A stretch of DNA of 63,430 nt, taken from the IMG/VR virus record IMGVR_UViG_3300043747_000006, positions 1 to 63,430 of that record. The stretch is one strand, 5' to 3'. The stretch is from a virus. Lineage: Duplodnaviria; Caudoviricetes. The position numbers and the translations under genes are program-made. Below are positions 43,622-53,754 of this stretch, one piece after another (position 1 is the stretch's first letter; the number at the start of each line of letters is the position of its first letter). The notes beneath the pieces were generated by a model. It ran no database searches and had not been told where the DNA came from. It saw only the letters and a list, made by a program, of their open reading frames with translations.

Positions 43622-45714
43622 TATGCGCCAGCACCTCCCGCTGCTTGAATTTTCGTTACCATTGCGTCAAGTAACGTGTCGATCGTGCGTTTGTCCGTCA
43701 ACTGACCGTGAACATTAACGTGTATTTGATAGGCGTTTCCGCCTTTTCCGTTGTACGCTTGATTCTCTTCCGGAGTAAGGATACGTTCGCCTTTGTGGAG
43801 TCGCGCCATATATCCGTTGTAAGGAACGTTTGAAAGACCGCTTGCATGTCTTCCGAAAACTGGTTCGCTGTTGCTCGCATTAGTTGTACTGACACGGCTA
43901 CTTCTGGCGTTTAAGTATGCACCGCTTACCGCTCCGGTTCCGCCTACTCCTTCGCTTCCGGCATCATTCTTCATATTGCCCCAATAAACTTTCGGAACAA
44001 TCGGAACGTTTACACCTGGGATTTTATTAATAACTCCAATCATGGCGTTTATTCCGCTGACAACGGCATTAACGGCGGATGCTGCGCCGGATTTGATGCT
44101 GTCCCACACTTGACCCATCTTCATTTTAACGGTATCCCAATTTTTATATAAAGAGACACCCGCCGTAATTAACGCCATAATTGGGCCGGCGACTAGCCAT
44201 GCGATAGGGTTATTTTTTATTGTGTTCCATACTTCAACCGTTTTCTTCTTTACCGCATCCCAATTTCGAACAAGCACTACAATAATACCGATTAATGCCG
44301 CAACGGCCACAATTATAAGTCCGATAGGGTTTGCGAGTAGTGCTACGTCAAAGCTCGTTTGCGCAATTGTAGCAAGTAAAACTCCTGCTCGATACGCTTG
44401 AATAAGTTTAGTTATCGTTGCGATTATCGTTAAGGCAGCCATTGCAAATTTAAACGATACAATTGCAGCGGTGATTCCAATTACCGTTTCGCGAATGGGC
44501 ACCCAGTTGTCGTGGATAAATTTCGCTAAGTTTAACACCTTTTGACCTGCGTCTTTAATGCTATTGCCCCACGCCTGAACCTGCTCCGGTTTAATATTAT
44601 CCATCCAATCGGCAAACGATAACGCAGCATCTTTAATCACCGGCAGTAATGGCGTCATGACTTGGATCTGGAACGTTTCTAATGCGCCTTTAAATATTTC
44701 AACGGCTCCGGATGCGTTATTCATTTTCTCTCTCGCAACTTCTAGCGCAGTTACTTTCGACATTTCCTTATTAAATTCGTTGACGCCTTTAGCACCTTCT
44801 TTATATAAAATGGTGGCTCCTCGGATAGCGTCCGAACCAAACATCGTATAAAGGGCTTGTTGTCTCTGCATCGGGTTTAGTTCTTTTAATGCTTTATGAA
44901 GTACACCCGCAATATCTGCCATAGACTTAACCTTACCTTTTGCGTCGAAGAAAGCATTTCCGCCTTCTTTAGTCGTAATTCCGAGATCCCTCATCGTCCC
45001 ACTTGCTGCGTCTGACTTCGGAATTAGATTCGATAACATCGTCTTTAATGACGTACCGGCATCCGAGCCTTTGAGTCCGTTGTTTGCAAATACACCTAGC
45101 GCCGAGTTAGTATCCCTAAACGATAGCCCTAATCCGGCTGCAACTGCGGACACAGCCGATAAAGAATAACGTAAATCGTGAACATCCGTAGCTGATGCAT
45201 TCGCCGTTCCTGCAAGTATGTTCGCCGCATCTGCCGCCTTCATTCCGTCGGCTTTAAACGAATTAAGTGCCGTCGACATAATTTCGGCCGCCTCAGCGAG
45301 ATCAAGTCCGCCCGCTGTCGCAAGATTTAGCGCTGACTCAAGTCCGCCTGCTTTGACTGTTGCCGGAGTTAAACCCGCCTTGAGTAGTTCCTCGATACCT
45401 TTTCCGGCTTCTAGCGCTGAGTATTTCGTCTTAGCGCCCATATCTAACGCCAGTTGAGTCATTTGCTTCATTTGAGCGTTTGTTGCTCCGGTTAAGGCTT
45501 GAATAGTACTCATTTGCGACTCAAAGTCCATCGCTTTATTTACGGATGAAAATGCTACGCCAACCGCGCCAGCAGCTCCTACAAGCAAACCGATATGTTT
45601 GGCGACTTCGCTGACCCCAGACCGCATTCCGGACATACTTCGTTGAGCATTGCGCATCCCACTTGTAAATTGTGCAGAATTGAGCCGGAGCCTTGCCGTT
45701 AAATCAAAAGCCAT
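43621..45714 (-). CDS. Tape measure protein
   Basis: TP901-type core (TKYSALEAG, GLKGSDAGTSLK), ANPIG and W-rich repeats. Confidence 0.93.
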   Translation of the reverse strand: MAFDLTARLRLNSAQFTSGMRNAQRSMSGMRSGVSEVAKHIGLLVGAAGAVGVAFSSVNKAMDFESQMSTIQALTGATNAQMKQMTQLALDMGAKTKYSALEAGKGIEELLKAGLTPATVKAGGLESALNLATAGGLDLAEAAEIMSTALNSFKADGMKAADAANILAGTANASATDVHDLRYSLSAVSAVAAGLGLSFRDTNSALGVFANNGLKGSDAGTSLKTMLSNLIPKSDAASGTMRDLGITTKEGGNAFFDAKGKVKSMADIAGVLHKALKELNPMQRQQALYTMFGSDAIRGATILYKEGAKGVNEFNKEMSKVTALEVAREKMNNASGAVEIFKGALETFQIQVMTPLLPVIKDAALSFADWMDNIKPEQVQAWGNSIKDAGQKVLNLAKFIHDNWVPIRETVIGITAAIVSFKFAMAALTIIATITKLIQAYRAGVLLATIAQTSFDVALLANPIGLIIVAVAALIGIIVVLVRNWDAVKKKTVEVWNTIKNNPIAWLVAGPIMALITAGVSLYKNWDTVKMKMGQVWDSIKSGAASAVNAVVSGINAMIGVINKIPGVNVPIVPKVYWGNMKNDAGSEGVGGTGAVSGAYLNARSSRVSTTNASNSEPVFGRHASGLSNVPYNGYMARLHKGERILTPEENQAYNGKGGNAYQIHVNVHGQLTDKRTIDTLLDAMVTKIQAAGGAGA

Positions 45715-45891
45715 CTAGTTTCCTCCTTTCCTCCGTTCTTTCTCCTCTTCCTCGAAAACCAACTCCATAGAGGCGTACATAAACGCTCGATGACGTTGCT
45801 CTTTCGCGAATACTTCATCTGGCGGGATTCCATGTCGAGCGAATATGGCATGTAAAAGAGCCGCTTCTCCTCCCGCCTTGATTAGTTTTTT
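45715..45891 (-). CDS. -1 frameshift extension of the tail assembly chaperone
   Basis: Slippery A AAA AAC at 45885-45891 before TAA; -1 frame reads LIKAGGEAALLHAIFARHGIPPDEV...GGN* up to the TMP start. Confidence 0.8.
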   Translation of the reverse strand, partial: KKLIKAGGEAALLHAIFARHGIPPDEVFAKEQRHRAFMYASMELVFEEEEKERRKGGN

Positions 45892-46277
45892 GCCTTATCG
45901 ACTTGATCCTCGAAGTTGTCAAATCCGGAAACTTCCATGATTGCTTGCGTTAACTTTGCGAGCTCCCCAGCAAGTAACGCCTTTTGTACGCAGTCCGCCG
46001 CGTCTGATGCTTCGTATTTCTCTAACAACTTAACATCACCGAAATTAAGATTCGCACTTGCAGCCGCAATTAATAGAGCGTTCATCTTTTGTTCATCTAT
46101 TTGGGATTCACGTTTCGCGCCTTTGCCGACATAATGAGTCGCTTGCTCCGTGATTTTTCCGAATGTCTTAACATCGATTGATTTAACGATTAAGTCAACG
46201 CCTAATCGTTTAATCGGCACCGCCTTCTCCACTTTTAACTCCGCGCCCAATAACGCTGATAATGCATCTTGCGACAT
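45882..46277 (-). CDS. Tail assembly chaperone (XkdN-like)
   Basis: LLAGEL...EVSGF...AKN. Confidence 0.88.
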   Translation of the reverse strand: MSQDALSALLGAELKVEKAVPIKRLGVDLIVKSIDVKTFGKITEQATHYVGKGAKRESQIDEQKMNALLIAAASANLNFGDVKLLEKYEASDAADCVQKALLAGELAKLTQAIMEVSGFDNFEDQVDKAKN

Positions 46278-46339
46278 ATATGTTAACCTCCCAGGTTATT
46301 TTCGAATTTAAAAAGGCGAGCAAATCGCCCGCCCACGTA

Positions 46340-46774
46340 TTACATTTTGATTTTGTCTAATAGATCATAGCCGCTAAAAGTAAACGGAAGTGCTTCCTCA
46401 ACAATTGAGCCGACTTCGAATTTACTTAACGGAATTTGGTCGAACTGAACGCCTTTAAACATTATTCGTTCTGCGCCCCATGCTTCAGGGTCATCAAGTT
46501 TTGAAATAAGAGATGTTACGTATGGTTTTCCTCTATCACTTGCGACACTACCGATGAGCTGAATAAAATCGGAAGTAATTTTATACCCGGTCATTGTCCC
46601 GCTACCTTTTAGTGTCATTTGTTTATGGCCGACCCAGCGCGTGCCGGACCGCTTGATTTCTTCTTTGTCGATATCGACAGTTGCTTCGAAATTTGTAATA
46701 TTTGTCTGCCACACACCGTCGCGCCAAACTTCGCCATAGCTTCCGTTAATTGTGCGAGTTGCATCTAATGCCAT
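46340..46774 (-). CDS. Tail tube protein (XkdM-like)
   Basis: INGSYGEVW.DG, KLDDP...GAER, EE.LPFTF. Confidence 0.92.
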   Translation of the reverse strand: MALDATRTINGSYGEVWRDGVWQTNITNFEATVDIDKEEIKRSGTRWVGHKQMTLKGSGTMTGYKITSDFIQLIGSVASDRGKPYVTSLISKLDDPEAWGAERIMFKGVQFDQIPLSKFEVGSIVEEALPFTFSGYDLLDKIKM

Positions 46775-46792
46775 CTATTTCACCGCCCCTTA

Positions 46793-47842
46793 TTAAACGT
46801 TAATTGTTAAGAAAATGCGTTCCATTGAATCGATTTCCGTAAACGAAATTGCAAGGTATACGGAATCACCAACGGATTGGAATTGCTTATCTAAGCCAAC
46901 AACAATGTCCGTTAAAACGTTCGATTGCTCTAGCGTTTCGAGGTACGTTTTAACTGCGCTGATTAACGCTGCCTGGCCGTCTGCATTGTTATCGATGCGT
47001 CCGATATAGCTATCGTTAGCAGTCTTCGTTACATCAGTTAATACCGCTTGGCGAGCGCGAGTTGCGCGAATCTTCTTAATCGCAGTGTTCAAACCTTGTT
47101 CCACTTTGACCTTTTCGCCATCGTTCGTAAGAACAAGCGATCCTTTCGAAAGTGAAGTTTTGATTTGCGAATTGGTCAAGCGCTTAGTTACGTCATCGAC
47201 CGGAGCCACGCGATAAGTAATGCTCTGATTAATCGGTGTGCCCGCGATAAGTCCGGCAATGTATGAAGAATATTCCGCAGAGCTATAAGTAACTCCGTCG
47301 ATAGTAACACCAGTGATTAAGTTAACGGCATACTCGTCAAGGAGACGGATTGAACGAGCATCTCCATCTGCAGGATCGTCATCGTCCGCAGCATCAGCAC
47401 ATCCGAATACAACCATGAAGTGTTTACCTTCGTCTTTGTTCGCTTTAACCCATGTAAGGGCCGCGTCTTGCTCAGTTCCCGCCACTTCTTCCGCATAAGC
47501 GAATACATTGAATGGGCGAGTATCGAAAGCGAGTCTCATATCTGCATAGTCTTGCGATACTGGCGATGCCGGCAACGTATAAACAAGCACCTCTTTTGCG
47601 CCGGCTTGAAGGGAGAATTTAATCGCTTGAATATTTGCTGATCCGAATAATACCCCCGCATCTGATTCGTTTGTAACTGTGTAGAAATTTTTAGCAACGG
47701 CTGTACCGCTGTATGTTTTTAAAGGAATCGCCACTGTACCACGGTCGCCCCCGCTGATTTGTGCAATCGCACTCTCTACGAAATTGGCGTATAAACCTGG
47801 ACGAATTGGCAATGACGTAGCATCCCAAGAACCTCCTGCCAT
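46793..47842 (-). CDS. Tail sheath protein (compact)
   Basis: RPGLYANF, RGTVAIP, YIGRIDNNADGQ, DSMERI. Confidence 0.9.
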   Translation of the reverse strand: MAGGSWDATSLPIRPGLYANFVESAIAQISGGDRGTVAIPLKTYSGTAVAKNFYTVTNESDAGVLFGSANIQAIKFSLQAGAKEVLVYTLPASPVSQDYADMRLAFDTRPFNVFAYAEEVAGTEQDAALTWVKANKDEGKHFMVVFGCADAADDDDPADGDARSIRLLDEYAVNLITGVTIDGVTYSSAEYSSYIAGLIAGTPINQSITYRVAPVDDVTKRLTNSQIKTSLSKGSLVLTNDGEKVKVEQGLNTAIKKIRATRARQAVLTDVTKTANDSYIGRIDNNADGQAALISAVKTYLETLEQSNVLTDIVVGLDKQFQSVGDSVYLAISFTEIDSMERIFLTINV

Positions 47843-47847
47843 TTGTT

Positions 47848-48405
47848 TCACTCCTTACCGATAATTGTTTTTCCGGACTCGATATCATCGAACGTAAAGC
47901 CATCGTATGACGTCGATGTATCTGAGCCATCAATCGTGTTCCATGTTCCCGCTGTTTGATCCGTGTAGGTATAAACAGAAAGGGAAGCAACTTTTTCGTA
48001 AGCCTCAAGATCCCGAGCTTCGCGCGTCTCCGTTTGCATAACGGCAATAACCGCATTAACTCCGCTCGCTGACTTAAAAGGCGTCGTAAATGAAAAGCCC
48101 TTCACGCGTATGTAGCGCAAAGAGTCTCGAATGGGAATTGCGAATTGCCCATTATTAAACAGGCGACTTAACTCGTCAACCTTCGATAAAACATCCATCG
48201 AACTCTTGCCGAAATAAATGAGTTGAAACTCGCGACTATTTCGGTATGAATATCGAGTCTCCGTCTGGGTATCGTTGTATTGCAATCGCACCACGAACGA
48301 GTTCGCCTTAGGAGATTCCGGAACGTCCTGTCGTTCGAGTGCCGCAGTTGGATACGCAGCCTTCAAAAAATCATAGATTGAATTTAATTCGTTAACCACG
48401 GACAT
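47848..48405 (-). CDS. Tail terminator / completion protein
   Basis: Position before sheath; REFQLIYF motif. Confidence 0.7.
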   Translation of the reverse strand: MSVVNELNSIYDFLKAAYPTAALERQDVPESPKANSFVVRLQYNDTQTETRYSYRNSREFQLIYFGKSSMDVLSKVDELSRLFNNGQFAIPIRDSLRYIRVKGFSFTTPFKSASGVNAVIAVMQTETREARDLEAYEKVASLSVYTYTDQTAGTWNTIDGSDTSTSYDGFTFDDIESGKTIIGKE

Positions 48406-48411
48406 TTACCG

Positions 48412-48813
48412 TCACCATCCTTCGCGTTCTAGTTGCGTGCGTATTTCCTCTTCAACCCAGCGCATCCATTTGTCTTTGTTTTGTTCGCCTGACTTGTCGA
48501 GGTATTTCTTTTCGCCACCGACGTTCTTGCCACCGGCATCCAATTCGTGAATATAATAGGCGTAATTAAAATTGCGCTCTTTTGCGACGGAAGAAATCTC
48601 GCCGACCAAATTCGTGCCTTGACCGGTAACGCCTTCCGATTTAATACCTCGTCTTAACGTTCCTTTGTCTATCGGCGCAATGTTTCGCGACTGAAGAACC
48701 CAATCGTCGAGTGAGTCGTGCAATCCGCGCCGAGCCCCTCGAGCAGCCGCTTCAGGAGATCGTCGGATAAGCGCCTCTAACCGCGATGTATCTAGTTCGA
48801 AATCCTGTGCCAC
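48412..48813 (-). CDS. HK97 gp10-like neck protein
   Basis: APIDKGTLRRGI, NYAYYIHE. Confidence 0.8.
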   Translation of the reverse strand: MAQDFELDTSRLEALIRRSPEAAARGARRGLHDSLDDWVLQSRNIAPIDKGTLRRGIKSEGVTGQGTNLVGEISSVAKERNFNYAYYIHELDAGGKNVGGEKKYLDKSGEQNKDKWMRWVEEEIRTQLEREGW

Positions 48814-49151
48814 TATACGCTCACCACCGTCAGAATTGGCTTACCGTTTAACCGCTTGACCTCAATCGTTAATGGCGGATATTTACGGGTTATACCTAAT
48901 TCGTTCGTATATTCGAACTCGTCGGTAAGCTGTACATCGGCAAGTTTATCGAAATAAATCTGCGCAGTTGAAACGACTTCGGTCGAGCTGACGCTTTGAG
49001 CTCCGGTCGTGCCTGATGTTGATCGGACTAAGCGAGTGCCCTCCGTGATGGCGCATTTTAAAACGACTCTTTCTTCGGAATCCGTGCCGTCCCATTCGTT
49101 GCCGGACTTGCGAATGCGTGTAACGGTTTGCTTCATCGGCAAAATCGCCAT
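48813..49151 (-). CDS. Head closure / head-tail joining protein
   Basis: Gene order; LPMKQTVT. Confidence 0.65.
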   Translation of the reverse strand: MAILPMKQTVTRIRKSGNEWDGTDSEERVVLKCAITEGTRLVRSTSGTTGAQSVSSTEVVSTAQIYFDKLADVQLTDEFEYTNELGITRKYPPLTIEVKRLNGKPILTVVSV

Positions 49152-49541
49152 CTACAACACCGTCCATTTCACGCGCTTGCCACCAGTTCCGCCGATGTCG
49201 ACACCGTTTTCCTGACCAATTAAATGGCGCGCCGTTGCCGGAACCATCGACTCGATCGATTCTTTTCCGCCGTCAAACGAAAACTGGATGCCCGCCACTG
49301 TGAACGATTTGACTCCGTTTTGTTTCTGCACATTTGTATCGTTATAAGCAACCGCCAATACTGCCGCGTATTCATACACCGCATTGTCCGGAATCGTATA
49401 TTGAGGGTAGACGCGAGCAAGCGTTGATGAAGCGACATTTAACAACCGTTGTTTTTTCGTATCATCGCTGTCGGTCCAATCGTCAATTACGATTACGTTC
49501 GATTCGATATAAGCATCTGCGTCAAAAATATTAACCGCCAT
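49152..49541 (-). CDS. Head-tail connector
   Basis: ADAYI...W...KQRLL, GVKSFTV. Confidence 0.7.
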   Translation of the reverse strand: MAVNIFDADAYIESNVIVIDDWTDSDDTKKQRLLNVASSTLARVYPQYTIPDNAVYEYAAVLAVAYNDTNVQKQNGVKSFTVAGIQFSFDGGKESIESMVPATARHLIGQENGVDIGGTGGKRVKWTVL

Positions 49542-49555
49542 TCAGTCCACCTCCG

Positions 49556-49759
49556 TTATTTACCGGAGGATTTCTTTGCGGGCGCTTTTTTCGGCGCTTC
49601 CTCCGATTTTGGTTCGTCTACACGGACCACGTCCGCCAATGTTTCGAGTACCTTAATTTCGCAATCTTTATCGGTGCTGAATTCCCCGTTGTGGAATCGA
49701 TGAAACTCATCGCAACAGTAGAAGCCCAGCTCCGCAAATCTTGACGTAAACTTTGCCAC
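49556..49759 (-). CDS. Small head-associated protein
   Basis: Between MCP and connector; Lys/Pro-rich tail. Confidence 0.65.
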   Translation of the reverse strand: MAKFTSRFAELGFYCCDEFHRFHNGEFSTDKDCEIKVLETLADVVRVDEPKSEEAPKKAPAKKSSGK

Positions 49760-49820
49760 GTTATCACCTCAATAAAGAAGGCCCGCAATCGGACGACTAC
49801 GGGCGAAAATTTTGAATCTA

Positions 49821-50906
49821 TTAAGCTAAGTTTTTAATGCGAGCGTGAGCTTTTTCTTGCTTGAATTCAAGAGTGTACTCACCGACAAGAGTTCCAGTAA
49901 CATAATCGCCTTGTTGACCCATATAGCGGTGGAAAAATTCACGAGTCACTAGTGGACGGATAGCCATACGGTTAGTGTCAACGATCATTAACTCGTTAGC
50001 TGCAAGGTTGTTGTTAAGAGAGATTTCGAATTGACCGAAGTCAGATACGAAGTGGTCAACTACTTGGCCACGAGTATTTTCTGCTTGAGTGATAAATAGT
50101 TTGTTGTTATCGAACGCAGAAATTGCACGTTTTTGCTTCGCAGGAACTAGGATCTTGTAGTTTCCACCGGAAGCGAATCCGCCTTTTTCGTAGATTGCTT
50201 GTAAAGAGTCGTTAAGCAATGTTCCGCTAACAGCCGCAGCAGCAGCGTCAGTTACGTTAGACTGAATGAAAGAGCGTACGCCGTTCATTTGACGAACGTT
50301 TCCGTTTTCATATGCAACTCCGTTGATTAATGCCTTTTCTAACTGAAGCGCAAGTTCAAGCTGCTTCTTTTGTTTTTCGTACTCGTAAAGATCGCCGATT
50401 CCGTATTGAGTAACCGCTTCAGCAGTTCCGGAAAGTTGGATAGTGTCGTCGAAGATTTGAGTCTTGTTAGACTTTTGAGCGCGCGCTTTGTAACGTGCAG
50501 CACGAGCGTCAGCACCTTCAACGCCTTCTGAGAATTGGAATTCAACCTTCGCTTGGTCAGCGACAGCAGCCGCAGTAGTTGAAGCGTACCCACGAACTAC
50601 AGTAAGCGTGTTAGTTGAAACGGCAGTAACTTTCAATAACTCATCGCCGATTTTGATTACGTCGTTAGCACGGAAGATTGAACCGTCAACAACTACGATA
50701 GAAGTATCAGTGTTTAATTTAGCTCCGTTTACTTTTGTTTCGTCAGCGATCATTTCATCTTCATACCAGTTATGGTTAGTTTGCGTTACTGCTTCAGCAA
50801 ATCCTAGCATGTTTAAAAGTGGAGTTTGGTGTTGATTCAATAAAAGAAGTTCATCAGCTACTGACTGTTTTTTGCCGATTAAATCAGCGTTATAAATTTT
50901 TACCAT
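49821..50906 (-). CDS. Major capsid protein (DUF5309/SU10-like) with an insertion domain
   Basis: TPLL, NKTQIF, LEKALING, GEYTLE; highly biased codon usage. Confidence 0.9.
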   Translation of the reverse strand: MVKIYNADLIGKKQSVADELLLLNQHQTPLLNMLGFAEAVTQTNHNWYEDEMIADETKVNGAKLNTDTSIVVVDGSIFRANDVIKIGDELLKVTAVSTNTLTVVRGYASTTAAAVADQAKVEFQFSEGVEGADARAARYKARAQKSNKTQIFDDTIQLSGTAEAVTQYGIGDLYEYEKQKKQLELALQLEKALINGVAYENGNVRQMNGVRSFIQSNVTDAAAAAVSGTLLNDSLQAIYEKGGFASGGNYKILVPAKQKRAISAFDNNKLFITQAENTRGQVVDHFVSDFGQFEISLNNNLAANELMIVDTNRMAIRPLVTREFFHRYMGQQGDYVTGTLVGEYTLEFKQEKAHARIKNLA

Positions 50907-50972
50907 TATTTCGTTTCCCCCAATATTTTAAAATTTTTAAATTAAAAAAGACGACCGGGAAGGTCGCCTACT

Positions 50973-51641
50973 TTAAAGTCCTAATTTCGCTTTTAGTGCC
51001 GCATATGCGACTTTTGCTTCTATTGTTTGTGTACGTTTCACCTTGTTGGCTGCCTCTTTCAATAACTGCTCGTTTGTCTTATCTGTCGTATCTTTCGGAG
51101 AATTAGAAGGCTCACCGATTGGCTTTTGCGGTTTCTTGGTTTCGGCTAAAAAGCCGTATTGTTCAACAAGCGCATTCATCGCGTCTTCTAGTCCGACAAC
51201 TTTTCCGTCTTCAATACTTACCGCGGAAGTATCGATTAACTTCAAAGCAGCGTCGAGTCTATCCGACGGGATATTTACGCCTGGTGCCGCCTTAATAAAT
51301 GCGTTTACGATTTTTTCTTGCTGCATTTGCGTCTGAAGCTCTTCGAGTTGTTTCGTAAGTGACTGCGCATGGCCGTCTTTCTCGGATAATTGCGCTTGAT
51401 AGCGCTCCAGCTCCGTCATTTCTGCCTCTTTGCGTTCTTTCTCCGCCTTTTCAAATGCAGATAATTTCGCTTGCAAATCGTCATAGTCCGCAAATTTCTC
51501 GAGTTTCTTGTTGGCGCGTGCCACTCGATCCGCTAACAGCTTATTTACTTCATCCTGCGTGAACGTCTTTTCGGGTTTATTTTCCGGTGCCTCCACCGTT
51601 TCGGCTTCGTTCACTACTTCGTTATTTAATTCTTCGCTCAT
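50973..51641 (-). CDS. Capsid scaffolding protein
   Basis: KTFTQDEVN, YDDL, ELER coiled coil. Confidence 0.88.
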   Translation of the reverse strand: MSEELNNEVVNEAETVEAPENKPEKTFTQDEVNKLLADRVARANKKLEKFADYDDLQAKLSAFEKAEKERKEAEMTELERYQAQLSEKDGHAQSLTKQLEELQTQMQQEKIVNAFIKAAPGVNIPSDRLDAALKLIDTSAVSIEDGKVVGLEDAMNALVEQYGFLAETKKPQKPIGEPSNSPKDTTDKTNEQLLKEAANKVKRTQTIEAKVAYAALKAKLGL

Positions 51642-51724
51642 TTCGTACCTCCACGTTTATAGGCCGAGTAGCCTGTAGTTTTGTTTCAGCCGTTGCAGTT
51701 TTACGTCTTAAACGTTCGGACATG

Positions 51725-51752
51725 AAAAAAGACACCGCTAAATTTCGATGTC
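51725..51752 (-). terminator. Terminator after the 652-aa head-region gene
   Basis: GACATCG...CGGTGTC followed by T6. Confidence 0.55.
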
Positions 51753-51783
51753 TGTTACGTCGTACAAGTCTCCAAGTACGATA

Positions 51784-53742
51784 CTAATCTCTGAATATAA
51801 CTCCATTTGCCATTGGCATTTTCCACTGTACAGTGCCGTCATAAGGAATGATTGTCACGGTTCCATTAAAAGAAACCTGTAAGATACCGTTAATAGCTTG
51901 GTTCGTGCTACCTACCATGTTACAAGGAATTCTTTGCGTGTTAATAACTGTATTCGCCGGAATGCTTCCAAGAACAAGATTTCCTGTCCTAAGAGTATTC
52001 AATGGTACGTTGAAATTAACAGCCATTTGATTACCTAGTATTTTATATTTGTAGTAAGGAGCGTAACCACTGTTTACATCAGAAACTAAAGTAGGATCTA
52101 AAGTGAAGTCCTTAATCTCTGAACTAGTAGTGTTTTTAATGTACTGCTTTTTGCTCCGAGCATATCCCTTATATAACGAACACCAGTTTACATTTCCTGT
52201 TCTGTCAGTAGGAGCACCAGCACCAGCGCCTATACCAATTCGAATGACATTTGTTACTTCGTCCAGTAAATATGGGAAGTGTATTTTTACAATTCCGCTA
52301 TACTGTCCTACTTTTCCGCTATCTGAAAATACTGTAGTGTAAGAGTTTGTTTGTACAACGAAATAACCACCGTCCGTTAATACGTTACCATCAAGGAATA
52401 TTGTATAATACTTACCTTTTTCTAACGGTTCACTTAGTTTATAAGTTCCGATAGTTGAACCTGTTGTAATGCTTTTAGGAGTGTCACCATCTAAAATCAG
52501 GTTGTTATCATTGTACATACTTTCTACATTTGCAAGAGGGAAGCGAGCTGCTAATACGCATTGGCTCATATATGTTGGTGAAGCATCATAGTAAACCGTT
52601 GAAATCCCGTTATCAAACTGCAACGTTGAATATATACCCTCGTTTTTCTTATGCAGAAACACCCCAACATGGTCAATTGTCATAAAAGCGTTTGCCCTTG
52701 CATCCGCTGATAAGTCACCACTAACCCCATTCGTCCAACTGAAAAATAAAACATCTCCTGCTTCTAAGTTCGAGAAATCTGCATTAGGTTTAAATGAATA
52801 TCCTCTTTCAAAAGCATACTTAGCGATGTTGTTTGCGTAACGCCATTTAACAGGATCAATGTTTTGGAAGAATAAGTTTGAACCTGTATTTTGTGTATTC
52901 CCTGCATAGTATTTTGAACGATTGTAAGGAACACCGTGGATCATTAGGTTAGCAAACGAGCTACAGTCAATTTGGTTCTTTCCACCTACTAGCGTTTGTG
53001 CGTTGTCATAGGCTGTATAACTATTTCCGTATACAATAGTTGAAATATTATCCAAGTAAGTTTGAGCGTTATCAATCATTCGCTCAATGGCACCTCTTGA
53101 ATTGTGGATTTGAGATGCACTTTCCACTAATACGTCATTTACTTGATTAAAGCTGTTTGGAACATCCTTAACCGTTACCGTTTTATTGCTTATCTGTAAA
53201 TCACTCATATAAAGATTAAAAGACGAATTGAAATTAAAATATAAGTAATTATTCTGTTTCGTCATATCAGAAAGACTTAGCGTGAAACTAATTTTATTCC
53301 ACTGGTTCGCCTGACCTAAATTGATGGATATACCAGAACCGGTAAATGCCATACGTATTTGAATCGTTTTATTTGAAACAGAAGGATAAGCCCAAAACGA
53401 TACGGTTAATGTTTCCGCACTCGTCACAGTTTCTGCTAATAAAATCGCAAAATCCTTATTGGCATCAGCAGAACCTTCATAATTAGTAACGGCAATTTTC
53501 AAAGATTTTTTACCGTTATATTGTGGAGAAGTAATTCCTGCCGTAAATGCATAGATAGAACTTCTTGATGAAATATACGGTAATGATTCAAAATCGCTAT
53601 TTTGAACTAAATTTCTACCCTTTAACAATAAATCTGTTTGTTTTGTCGCACTTTCTGCCATAGACGTCGTCAGCCCGTCAATACTATCCTTTACACTTTT
53701 TCCGTCAGGTCCGTTGACCATCCGCGAATCTATAAAAGCCAT
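51784..53742 (-). CDS. Multidomain protein: carbohydrate-binding-like modules plus NlpC/P60-like hydrolase
   Basis: GRNLVQNSDFE, IDCSSF, AGDVLFF, DHVGV. Confidence 0.7.
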   Translation of the reverse strand: MAFIDSRMVNGPDGKSVKDSIDGLTTSMAESATKQTDLLLKGRNLVQNSDFESLPYISSRSSIYAFTAGITSPQYNGKKSLKIAVTNYEGSADANKDFAILLAETVTSAETLTVSFWAYPSVSNKTIQIRMAFTGSGISINLGQANQWNKISFTLSLSDMTKQNNYLYFNFNSSFNLYMSDLQISNKTVTVKDVPNSFNQVNDVLVESASQIHNSRGAIERMIDNAQTYLDNISTIVYGNSYTAYDNAQTLVGGKNQIDCSSFANLMIHGVPYNRSKYYAGNTQNTGSNLFFQNIDPVKWRYANNIAKYAFERGYSFKPNADFSNLEAGDVLFFSWTNGVSGDLSADARANAFMTIDHVGVFLHKKNEGIYSTLQFDNGISTVYYDASPTYMSQCVLAARFPLANVESMYNDNNLILDGDTPKSITTGSTIGTYKLSEPLEKGKYYTIFLDGNVLTDGGYFVVQTNSYTTVFSDSGKVGQYSGIVKIHFPYLLDEVTNVIRIGIGAGAGAPTDRTGNVNWCSLYKGYARSKKQYIKNTTSSEIKDFTLDPTLVSDVNSGYAPYYKYKILGNQMAVNFNVPLNTLRTGNLVLGSIPANTVINTQRIPCNMVGSTNQAINGILQVSFNGTVTIIPYDGTVQWKMPMANGVIFRD

Positions 53743-53754
53743 AACGTCCCTCCT

